From Myxococcota bacterium (GTDB lineage: Bacteria > Myxococcota_A > UBA9160 > JAFDDA01), in assembly GCA_965228475.1 (NCBI GenBank), contig OZ245817.1, forward strand, positions 3,328,001 through 3,392,000: DNA of 64,000 nucleotides. The letters are read 5' to 3'. A model generated the notes under the pieces. That model was given only the letters and a program-made list of their open reading frames with translations. It was not told where the DNA came from and made no database searches. Made by a program: the position numbers and the translations under genes. Of this stretch, positions 47,992-56,226 are shown one piece after another (within the stretch, counting starts at the first letter, position 1; every line of letters begins with the position of its first letter).

Positions 47992-48221
47992 GTCGTTTCG
48001 GCCTCGCGACACCCCGTTCCCGTCGCTGTGTGACCCGGGCGGCCCGACCCAGCGAAAAAAAATCACCGGCAAGCCGTGCCCCGGATCACGAGTGGGCGAT
48101 GAGCAACTCACGCCGCGAACGCCCGCGCGCGCTCGGCTTCGGGCGTTCGCAAAAACACCGTCTCACGCGCCGCGCGGACCCGCCCGAGAGGCTAAAACCC
48201 GTTTGATCTTCGTGGTTTACG

Positions 48222-48250
48222 TTGACAAGGCCGACCCCCGCTGTCAGCAT
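48222..48250 (+). promoter_or_regulatory. sigma70-like promoter
   Basis: TTGACA-N17-CAGCAT upstream of the 48333 ORF. Confidence 0.5.
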
Positions 48251-48332
48251 CCAGCCGGTCCGCAAGGGTCTGCGCAACGCGGGTCCGGAAGCCCGCGCAA
48301 CGCGGGTTCCCCAGGTGGCGACGGAGCGTTCG

Positions 48333-48593
48333 ATGACTCATTCGGAGATGGCGTGGGAGTTCGCGGGGCTGTTCCACGACCTCAAGATCGAAGAGATCAA
48401 CGAGGTGCTCGCGAAGAACGTCCCGATCGGCATGCTCGAGTTCTTCGACTGCTACGGCGCCGACGTCGCGAAGGCCGAGGGTCTCGAGGGCGATACCGCC
48501 AAGCGCGTCCCGAACCTGCTCCTGCTCGGCTACCTCCTGCGCGTGCTCGAAGAGCGCCTGATCCCCGAGGAACCGGGCGACCTCCCCTCCTGA
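48333..48593 (+). CDS. Small acidic hypothetical protein (86 aa)
   Basis: GGAG SD; typical codon usage; MTHSEMAWEFAGLFHDL...LLLGYLLRVLEERL. Confidence 0.75.
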   Translation: MTHSEMAWEFAGLFHDLKIEEINEVLAKNVPIGMLEFFDCYGADVAKAEGLEGDTAKRVPNLLLLGYLLRVLEERLIPEEPGDLPS

Positions 48594-48645
48594 CCTTCCG
48601 ACCGACCTCCTGACGCCCGGCCCATCCTGAGCGATCCTCACGCCC

Positions 48646-49047
48646 GTGAGTGATCTCAAGCGCGAAGTCCGAACCGAGAATGCCCCCGACCCCGTCGGGC
48701 CCTACTCCCAGGCGATCGCCGCCGGCGGCCTGCTCTTCGCGAGCGGCCAGATCCCCCTCGACCCGAAGACGGGAGAGATCGTCGGCGACGAGATCGAGGA
48801 GCAGACCCGCCAGGTCCTGCGAAACCTCACCGCCGTCCTGCAGGCGGGCGGCGCGAGCCTCGCGGACGTCGTGAAGGCGACGGTCTACGTGGTGGACCTC
48901 TCGCTCTTCCCGCGCATCAACGCCGTCTACGCCGAGTTCTTCAACGTCGAACCGGCCCCGGCCCGCGCCACCGTCGAGGTGGCCGCCCTGCCCCTGGGCG
49001 CCCAGGTGGAGATCGACGCCGTCGCCGTGCTCTCCGGCCAGGCCTAG
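48646..49047 (+). CDS. RidA/YjgF enamine-imine deaminase
   Basis: VGPYSQA, SGQIP, NAVYAEFF, PARATVEVAALP, VEIDA. Confidence 0.95.
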   Translation: MSDLKREVRTENAPDPVGPYSQAIAAGGLLFASGQIPLDPKTGEIVGDEIEEQTRQVLRNLTAVLQAGGASLADVVKATVYVVDLSLFPRINAVYAEFFNVEPAPARATVEVAALPLGAQVEIDAVAVLSGQA

Positions 49048-49703
49048 CGCGGCGCCGGGGGCTCCTCGGGCGCCCCGTCGGAAGGGCCGTCGTCGCCGTA
49101 GCGGCGCACCAGCAGCGAGAGGTTCACGGCGTTGATCCCCGCGTGGGCGACGACGGGCGCCACCAGGTTGCCCGTGGCCTCGAAGAGGAACCCCAGCAGG
49201 AAGCCCGCGGCCACCGAGAAGAACGTCCACAGCCGGAACTCGGGCCGCGGCACATAGTGGACCAGGCCGAAGATCACGCTCGCCCAGGGGAGCCCGACCC
49301 GGGGCTGGAGGGCGCCCCGGAAGAAGAGCTCCTCGGCGAGGCCGCTCGTGGCCGCCAGGACCAGGATCGCCCCCGGGCCGACCGGGCCGATCATCTTCGC
49401 GAGCCCGCGCGCGAGTTCCTTCCCGGCCCGCGTGTTCTCCGTGAGCTGGTGGGAGACGAGCACGACCAGGGCCGCCGCCATCCCCCCGACCAGGAGCCCG
49501 CGGCCGAGGTCGATCCCCGCGCGGGCCGCATCGGCCGAGGCGTAGAGGAGGGGCTCGCCGTACCAGGCCGTGCGCCAGAGCCACGCCAGGGCCGCCAGCA
49601 CGGCGTAGAAGACCAGGGCCGAGCGCACCAAGCGCCCAGGCGGCATCGGCTCGAGATCGCCCGGTTCGGGGGCGCTCCGGGGCTCGGGCTCCATCTCGCT
49701 CAT
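49044..49703 (-). CDS. CPBP (CAAX/Abi) family intramembrane glutamic endopeptidase
   Basis: EELFFRG, FGLVH, HAGIN motifs; TM segments. Confidence 0.9.
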   Translation of the reverse strand: MSEMEPEPRSAPEPGDLEPMPPGRLVRSALVFYAVLAALAWLWRTAWYGEPLLYASADAARAGIDLGRGLLVGGMAAALVVLVSHQLTENTRAGKELARGLAKMIGPVGPGAILVLAATSGLAEELFFRGALQPRVGLPWASVIFGLVHYVPRPEFRLWTFFSVAAGFLLGFLFEATGNLVAPVVAHAGINAVNLSLLVRRYGDDGPSDGAPEEPPAPR

Positions 49704-49883
49704 GGGCGCGGGTCCGCCATCACCGCTGGTCTGTAGCCCACTCCCCCCGCGCGGAGCCCGAAAAACCGCCGCCTGCTTGCCGGCCTCCGGGCCGCCCGGT
49801 AGCCTTCCGGGGTCCGGCGTCCCCTCTTGGGGACGTCGTTTTTCGTTTCCAGCCCGCCCCCCGGGCCCAGCCCAGGATCGTTC

Positions 49884-50360
49884 GTGAGCGACCGGATTCC
49901 CATCACCCGCAGCGGCTTCGAGAAGCTCAAGGAAGACCTCGAGCGGCTGAAGTTCGTCGAGCGGCCCCACAACGTCCAGGAGATCGCCGAGGCCCGCGCC
50001 CACGGCGACATCAGCGAAAACGCCGAGTTCCACGCCGCCAAGGAGCGCCAGGGCCAGATCGAGGCCCGCATCGTGATGGTCGAGGACCGCATCGCCCGGG
50101 CCCAGGTGATCGAGCCCGGCGACGAGCCCCCGGACGCCGTCCGCTTCGGCACGACCGTCGTCCTCGAGGACACGGACACCGGGGAAGAGGTCAAGTACAC
50201 GCTGGTCGGCGAGGACGAATCCGACGCCTCGGCCGGCCGGATCTCCGTCACCTCCCCCGTGGCCCGGGCCCTGCTCGGCAAGGCGGAGGGAGACGAGGTG
50301 AAGGTCAAGGTGCCCAAGGGCACCCGCGAGTTCGAGGTCCTCGACATCCGCTACGACTGA
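49884..50360 (+). CDS. greA: Transcription elongation factor GreA
   Basis: ARAHGDISENAEF, ISVTSPVARALLGK. Confidence 0.97.
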   Translation: MSDRIPITRSGFEKLKEDLERLKFVERPHNVQEIAEARAHGDISENAEFHAAKERQGQIEARIVMVEDRIARAQVIEPGDEPPDAVRFGTTVVLEDTDTGEEVKYTLVGEDESDASAGRISVTSPVARALLGKAEGDEVKVKVPKGTREFEVLDIRYD

Positions 50361-50449
50361 TCGCCAGGACCGCGGCCCCGAGCCTGGGGGACGCGTTGCA
50401 AACCGTGGCCGTCCTTCTAGAATCGGGCCGGTCCGAGTCAAGGGATCGT

Positions 50450-50525
50450 TCCCCGGTAGCTCAGTTGGCAGAGCAAGCGGCTGTTAACCGCTGGGTCGTA
50501 GGTTCGAGTCCTACCCGGGGAGCCA
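50450..50525 (+). tRNA. tRNA-Asn (GTT)
   Basis: 76-nt cloverleaf; anticodon loop CT-GTT-AA; GGTTCGAGTCC; CCA; upstream TTGCAA-N16-TAGAAT promoter. Confidence 0.97.
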
Positions 50526-50568
50526 CCTTGAAGGCGCAGGGACGCGCCTTCGGGGCCGAAGGGGAAGA

Positions 50569-51150
50569 ATGGTCCACCGAATCGTGGCGCTCGGAAGGAT
50601 CCGGGCCATGGCCCTCGCCGTGTTGCTCGCCGTCGTCGGGAGCGCGCCCCAGGCTCTCGCCCAGGAAGTCTGGGTGAAGGACGAGGTGAACCTCAACCTC
50701 CGCACGGGCCCGGGCAACCAGTACCGCATCGTCGGCCTGCTCAAGACGGGCGACTCCGTCCGCATCGTGAAGCGCGGCGACGGCTGGACCCAGGTGCGCA
50801 TCTCCGACGGCAAGCAGGGCTGGGTGCCGGCAGGCTTCCTGATGGCGGACCCGCCCGCCGCGACGCGCGTCGAGCGCATGGAACACGAGACGCGCGAACT
50901 GCGCGAAACCGTCGAGAGCCTGCGCGAGAGGCTCGGCTCGGTGACGTCCGAACGCAGCGACCTCGAATCGAGCGAGAGCGAAGCGCGCACGCGCGCGGCG
51001 GAGCTCGAAGCCGAGAACATGGAGCTGAAGGCCGGCGCGCGCTGGCCCGAGTGGATCACCGGCGCGGGAATCCTCGCGAGCGGGATGCTCGTCGGCTCCA
51101 TCCTGCAGACCTGGGCCTCGCGCCGCCCGCGCTCCCGGATCCGTCTCTAA
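50569..51150 (+). CDS. SH3-domain protein with coiled coil and C-terminal TM (YgiM-like)
   Basis: Signal peptide; LRTGPGNQYRI, GWTQVR, QGWV; coiled coil; WITGAGIL anchor. Confidence 0.88.
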   Translation: MVHRIVALGRIRAMALAVLLAVVGSAPQALAQEVWVKDEVNLNLRTGPGNQYRIVGLLKTGDSVRIVKRGDGWTQVRISDGKQGWVPAGFLMADPPAATRVERMEHETRELRETVESLRERLGSVTSERSDLESSESEARTRAAELEAENMELKAGARWPEWITGAGILASGMLVGSILQTWASRRPRSRIRL

Positions 51151-51165
51151 CCGAATCTCATCCCG

Positions 51166-52554
51166 CTACGCGAGCGTCACGCCGGGCAGGTAGTTGGCGT
51201 GGAAGCCGTGCGGCAGGCGGTGCGGGAGCTTCACCCGGGCCAGCGGCCCATCGGCGAGGTTCTCGGCGTCGAGAACGGCGAGCTCGCCGTGATCCGTCTC
51301 GGGGTTCCACAGGCTGACGAGGACGAAGCCCTCCCCTTCCGGTGCCTCCGGCGAGCGCGCGGCGAAGACGGCCTCGCCGGTGTAGCCCCCGAGGCGGGCT
51401 TCGCTGCGGGTGCCGCGATCGAAGTCGTAGCGGGCCACGCCGTCGAACAGGCCGAGGGCCTTGCTTCCCTCCGTGTAGAGGCTCGAGATGCCGAAGCGGC
51501 AACCGTCCATCGCGAAGCGGTCGTCGATGCGCGGGAACTCGCAGGGGTTGTCGTCGAGGGTCTCCTCCTTCACGCCGCCGGCCGCGAGATCGATCGTCCA
51601 GCGCGTGAGGTAGGGCGGCGTGCCGCCTTCGAGGCCCGCCTCGGGGTCGTCGAAGAGCGCGAGGGATTCCATGCGGCACACGTCGGCCACGATCTGCGAG
51701 CCCTCGCTCGCGGCGTTCATCACGTGGAAGACGTAGCAGGCGGGGATCTCGAACCAGCGGACGTCGGCGGCCCCGCCCTCGCGCGGCATCACGCCGAGGC
51801 GCGTTCCGAGCTCGGGTTCCCAGCGGATCGGCTGCTCCGAGAGCAGGTTCTCCGTGCGGAAGGTCGCCGGGCAGACCATGAACACCACGTGGTCCCGGGT
51901 CACGATCACGTCGTGCATCATCGTGGCGACGGGCACGTCGATGGCCTCGCTCCGGACGAGCGTGCCGTCCGCGGCGACGACGTGGTAGCGGAGGAAGGGC
52001 GGCACGGGGGAGTAGCCGAAGAAGAGCATTTCCCCGCTCACCGGGTCGACGTGCGGGTGGGCCGTCATCGGGCCCTCGAGCGCGCCGCCGAAGTCGTGCA
52101 CGCCGCGGGTCTCGAGCGTCCGCGGGTCGACCTCCGTCGGCGCGGCCGCCTCGAACAGGGCGAGGAAGCGCCCCGCGTGCTCGACCAGATGCGTGTTGGC
52201 GGCGTTGAAGGAGACGCCGAGGGCGCGCGGGTCGTTGTTGGTGATGTCGAGCAGGCCGCCGAAGAGGCTCTCGCCCGCCGCCTGCTCGGCCAGGAACTTC
52301 TCCGTCCGCAGCCAGCGGTTCTTGTAGCGGCACTTGCCGCCCGAGAACGAGAAGGCGTGGACCATCGCGTCGCCGTCGAACCAGTGGTAGCGGGTCCGCG
52401 GCGGGAACTGCGGGTTCGGACCGTTTCGGTAGAACGTCCCCTCGAGCGCTTCGGGGATCTCCCCCTCGACCTCGCATTCGGCGATGTCGACCTCGTGGGG
52501 CCACGGGGCGTAGTTGTCGCGCAGGTACGGATTGTCCTTGGGGAACTGACTCAC
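51166..52554 (-). CDS. Carotenoid oxygenase / lignostilbene dioxygenase family protein
   Basis: YRNGPNP, HWFDGD, TAHP, MMHD, VFHVMNA, EFPRID, PHGFH (four-His Fe site). Confidence 0.93.
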   Translation of the reverse strand: MSQFPKDNPYLRDNYAPWPHEVDIAECEVEGEIPEALEGTFYRNGPNPQFPPRTRYHWFDGDAMVHAFSFSGGKCRYKNRWLRTEKFLAEQAAGESLFGGLLDITNNDPRALGVSFNAANTHLVEHAGRFLALFEAAAPTEVDPRTLETRGVHDFGGALEGPMTAHPHVDPVSGEMLFFGYSPVPPFLRYHVVAADGTLVRSEAIDVPVATMMHDVIVTRDHVVFMVCPATFRTENLLSEQPIRWEPELGTRLGVMPREGGAADVRWFEIPACYVFHVMNAASEGSQIVADVCRMESLALFDDPEAGLEGGTPPYLTRWTIDLAAGGVKEETLDDNPCEFPRIDDRFAMDGCRFGISSLYTEGSKALGLFDGVARYDFDRGTRSEARLGGYTGEAVFAARSPEAPEGEGFVLVSLWNPETDHGELAVLDAENLADGPLARVKLPHRLPHGFHANYLPGVTLA

Positions 52555-53195
52555 GGAAGACTCCCAGGCAGCCCGCCCTTCCGGGCGACCGCCGCATGAA
52601 CGCAACGCACGGTTTCTTGCAGCCACTCAGTCTCGCGGCTTCCGTCCTCGTCGACGAAGCAGCCGGTCAGGCCGGCGGTGACGATCCCGAAGACGAGCCG
52701 CGCGACGATCTCCGGACGCATCGGGCGCACGCGTCCGGCGTCCTCCTGGCGAACGAGCAGGTCCGCCAGCGCGGCCTCGATGCGCTCGCGCACGGCGGAC
52801 TCGGCGAGGTCGCGGTGCTCGCCGTTCGAGAGACGGGCGAAGGCGCGGACGAGCGCGCGGTTCTCCCGGGCGAAGGCGAAGACCGAAGCGAGCATGGCCT
52901 CGGCGCCGTCCGCCGCGGCGCCACCTTCCACTGCGGTTCCGGAGAAGGCGGACTCGAAGGCACCTTCCCCGAGCTGCCCGGCCACGGCGGCGAGGATCCC
53001 CCGCTTCGAACCGAAGTGGTGGTAGAGGAGCCCCTCGGAGACCCCGGCCTTCCGAGCCACGCGGGCGGAGGTCATGGCCTCGTAGCCCTCGTTGCCGAGA
53101 AAGGAGGCGGCGGCCCCGAGGATCCGGTCCCGGCTCTCGGCGGGATCCCGGCGCACGGGGCGGCGCTTGCGGGCGGCGGCGGGCGGGCGGGCCAT
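52551..53195 (-). CDS. TetR family transcriptional regulator
   Basis: RDRILGAA..GYEAMTSARVARKAGVSEGLLYHHFGSK; GTGA-coupled to the oxygenase gene. Confidence 0.93.
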   Translation of the reverse strand: MARPPAAARKRRPVRRDPAESRDRILGAAASFLGNEGYEAMTSARVARKAGVSEGLLYHHFGSKRGILAAVAGQLGEGAFESAFSGTAVEGGAAADGAEAMLASVFAFARENRALVRAFARLSNGEHRDLAESAVRERIEAALADLLVRQEDAGRVRPMRPEIVARLVFGIVTAGLTGCFVDEDGSRETEWLQETVRCVHAAVARKGGLPGSLP

Positions 53196-53206
53196 GGCCC
53201 AACCTA

Positions 53207-53223
53207 ACTGAGCGGCACTCAGT
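53207..53223. promoter_or_regulatory. Putative TetR operator palindrome
   Basis: ACTGAG-N5-CTCAGT lying in the TTGAGG...TAGGTT promoter spacer of tetR. Confidence 0.6.
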
Positions 53224-53270
53224 CCCTCAAGCGGATCTTTCACCGCCCGGCCTGCCCAGGGGCGCCCGAA

Positions 53271-54623
53271 TCAGGAAACCGAGAGGTATTGCGCGACCTT
53301 GGGCGCCTGGTCCGTGGTGGTGATGATGAGCACCAGGTCCCCGACCTCGACCGTGTCCTCGCCCGAGGGCAGGAGCAGGTCGTCGCCCCGCCGCAGGGCG
53401 GCGATCAGGACGCCCCGCGGCAGGCCCACCTCCGAGATCGGCGCCCGGGTGATCGGACTCCCGCGGACCGCCTCGGCCTCGACGACCTCGACGCGGTCTT
53501 CGAGCAGCGGCGCGACGCTGCGCACCCCGGCCCCGTGGATGTGCTGGAGCGTCAGGCCGATCGCCAGCAGGCGCGGGCTGATGATCGCGTCGATGCCGAC
53601 GTCGCCCATCAGGTTCACGAGCGCCGGGTTGTCGACCAGGGCGAAGGCCCGCGCGGCTCCGAGGCGCTTCGCGAGCAGACCGGCCACGAGGTTGATCTCG
53701 TGGTCGGGGGTCGCGGCGATGAAGGTCGCGACGCGGTCGACGTCCTCCTCGAGCAGGAGCCCCCGGTCGGTCGCGTGGCCCATCACGACGAGCGTATCGC
53801 CGAGCTGGTCGGCGGCGGCCTGGGCGAGGTCCGGATCCGGCTCGACGAGCACGACGCGGCCCTCGTGCCCCTCGAGGCGGCGCGCGAGGTCGAGGCCGAT
53901 CCGGCTCGCGCCGGCGATCATGATCGTCTTGCGCCGCTCCTCCTGGGCCCCGACGAGGGAGACGACGTCGTCGAGGTGCCGGCGCGCGATCGCGAAGTAG
54001 ACGATGTCCTGGGCGCGGATCTCCTCCTCGCCGTGCGGCACGATCCAGTTGCCGTTGCGGTCGATGGCCGCGACCACCGAGGGCGTCCCGGCGAAGGCGA
54101 GGCGCATGAACGAGACGGGCTGGTCCACGAAGTCCGAGCTCTCGCCGATCTTGAAGGCGACCATCATCAGGCGCCCGCCCATGAACTCGACGACGTCGAG
54201 GGCCGAGGGCACCTCGAGGAGCTTCGCGATGCGGTCGACCGCAGCCGCCTCCGGGTCGACGCACACGTGCTCGAAGGGGTGGTCGCGGCTGACGAGCGAG
54301 AAGCCTTCCATGTGGTCCGGGTCCCGCAGCCGCACGACGATGTGCGAAACGCGGAAGAGCGACGCCGCGAGCAGGCCGACGATCATGTTCGTCTCGTCGG
54401 AGTTCGACATGCCGACGATCAGCTCGGCATTCTCGATGCCGGCGGCGCGCAGCACCGGCGCCTTGGCTCCGTTGCCCTGGACCACCTGGACGTCGAGCCG
54501 CTCGTCGAGGGCGCGGGCCGTCGCCGGGTCCTGCTCGATCAGGGTGATGTCGTGGCCGTCGTGGCTGAGCTTGTCCGCGAGGGTCTCGCCCACCAGGCCA
54601 CCGCCGACGATCAGGATTCGCAT
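53271..54623 (-). CDS. trkA: Trk potassium transporter regulatory subunit TrkA
   Basis: Two RCK-N/RCK-C repeats: MRILIVGGGLVG, DETNM, IMIAGASRIG. Confidence 0.92.
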   Translation of the reverse strand: MRILIVGGGLVGETLADKLSHDGHDITLIEQDPATARALDERLDVQVVQGNGAKAPVLRAAGIENAELIVGMSNSDETNMIVGLLAASLFRVSHIVVRLRDPDHMEGFSLVSRDHPFEHVCVDPEAAAVDRIAKLLEVPSALDVVEFMGGRLMMVAFKIGESSDFVDQPVSFMRLAFAGTPSVVAAIDRNGNWIVPHGEEEIRAQDIVYFAIARRHLDDVVSLVGAQEERRKTIMIAGASRIGLDLARRLEGHEGRVVLVEPDPDLAQAAADQLGDTLVVMGHATDRGLLLEEDVDRVATFIAATPDHEINLVAGLLAKRLGAARAFALVDNPALVNLMGDVGIDAIISPRLLAIGLTLQHIHGAGVRSVAPLLEDRVEVVEAEAVRGSPITRAPISEVGLPRGVLIAALRRGDDLLLPSGEDTVEVGDLVLIITTTDQAPKVAQYLSVS

Positions 54624-54686
54624 GCGGCCCGGAATCTAGGCTTTCGCGTACCGGGCGGCTAGCGGCCTCTCGCGGCGCGGGGCGGC

Positions 54687-56072
54687 CTACAGCCGCGCGG
54701 GGATGAGCAACATCGCCACCACGTTCACGGCCGTGACCGCGAGCGCCACCAGGAACGTGTACCCGACGACGTCGCCGAAGCGCAGTCGCATGACCGTGAG
54801 GATCGGGATGGCGAAGAAGGGCTGGATCAGGTTCGTCGTGCTGTCTCCGTAGGCGTAGGCGAGCACGAGGGTGCGGATGGAGATGCCGAGTTCCTCCCCC
54901 GCCGGCACGAGGAACGGCGCCTCGATCAGCCACTTCGAGCCGGCCGAGGGGACGAAGAGGTTCATGAAGCCCGAGTAGAGGTAGACGAGCAGCGGGAAGG
55001 TCTCGGTGCTCGCGATGCGCGCGAAGCCGTCGCCGAGCCAGTCCCCGAGGCCCGTGTGGATCATCAGCCCGAAGATCCCCGCGTAGAACGGGAACTGCAG
55101 GACGATCCCCCACGCGGCGTCGACGCCGCGCCGGCAGGCCTCGAGGAACGAGGGCGCGCGCCCGTGCAGGAGCAGCGCGGTCACGAGGAACACGACGTTG
55201 TAGGCGTTGATCGTCCACGACGTGCCGAAGCCCTTCGTGACGATCGAGTGCCCGAGCGGGTAGGCCATGAGCGCGGCCGCGAGGAGCACCCAGCCGCGGA
55301 AGCGGTCCATGCTGCCCGCGGGCGTATCGGGCACCGGCGGCTCCGCGGGCGGCTCGGGGAGGATGGCGTCGAGCTGCTCGGGCGTGAGCGTCACGCGGCC
55401 TTCCTTCGGGTGGAGCGCGAGCACGGTCGCCATCCCGACCGCACCGATCAGCACCAGGTAGACGAGGTTGAAGGTCGAGAAGAGCGTCTCGGTGACGGGC
55501 ACCAGGACGTCGACGACCGGCTCGCCCACCGCCGGGGCCACGAGCGGGTTGCCCGGGGTCGCAAGGATCAGCGGCGCCGAGCCCGAGAGCCCGCCGTGCC
55601 AGACCGTGCCCATCCCGACGTAGCAGCCGACGATCAAGAGGCGTACGTCGGCGTTCGGGTTGCGGCGGCAGAGGAACGGCACGAAGAGCGCGCAGCCGAC
55701 CAGGCAGAGCGCCCAGTTCAGATACGCCGTACCGAGCGAGACCGCGGCGGCCAGAGCGACGGCCTGGAGCGGCTTCTCCGGGTCCGGGAGGCCGGCCAGG
55801 CGGTCGAGCCCGCGATAGACGGGCCGGGACGTCACGCAGGCGTGGGCGGCGACCATGGCGATCGTGAACTGCATGGCCAGGGTCAGCAGATTCCACATGC
55901 CGGCCCCCCAGGCGAGCACCGCCTCCTCGGGGCCGACCCCGGCCCCTGCGATCGCCAGGACCAGGGCGAGTGCCGTCAGGATCATGCAGATCACCCAGGA
56001 ATCGGGGACCCAGCGTTCCGTCGCCCGGGAGAGGGCCGCGCCGCCAGCGCGAAATGCGTCGAGAAGCTTCAT
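54687..56072 (-). CDS. atoE: Short-chain fatty acid transporter (AtoE family)
   Basis: WVPDS, AMQF, WHGGLSGSAPL, QFPFYAGIFG, FVPSAG, AYGD..TNLIQPF. Confidence 0.88.
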   Translation of the reverse strand: MKLLDAFRAGGAALSRATERWVPDSWVICMILTALALVLAIAGAGVGPEEAVLAWGAGMWNLLTLAMQFTIAMVAAHACVTSRPVYRGLDRLAGLPDPEKPLQAVALAAAVSLGTAYLNWALCLVGCALFVPFLCRRNPNADVRLLIVGCYVGMGTVWHGGLSGSAPLILATPGNPLVAPAVGEPVVDVLVPVTETLFSTFNLVYLVLIGAVGMATVLALHPKEGRVTLTPEQLDAILPEPPAEPPVPDTPAGSMDRFRGWVLLAAALMAYPLGHSIVTKGFGTSWTINAYNVVFLVTALLLHGRAPSFLEACRRGVDAAWGIVLQFPFYAGIFGLMIHTGLGDWLGDGFARIASTETFPLLVYLYSGFMNLFVPSAGSKWLIEAPFLVPAGEELGISIRTLVLAYAYGDSTTNLIQPFFAIPILTVMRLRFGDVVGYTFLVALAVTAVNVVAMLLIPARL

Positions 56073-56226
56073 CGCTGGCCCCTCCCGGCTCGGGCGCGGT
56101 TACCCTATCGGGCAGGCCGCGCCCAGCCAAGTCCGAAAGAGGATGCATCACCGTTGACCGACGACTCGAGCGCGGACCCTTCTTCGCGAGCCACGGACCG
56201 TTGAGCCCCCGGCCGAGGAGCGCCCG

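Noticed and set aside
53271..54623. trkA without an adjacent trkH
   Set aside because: trkA and trkH are often unlinked, so this is not informative within one window.
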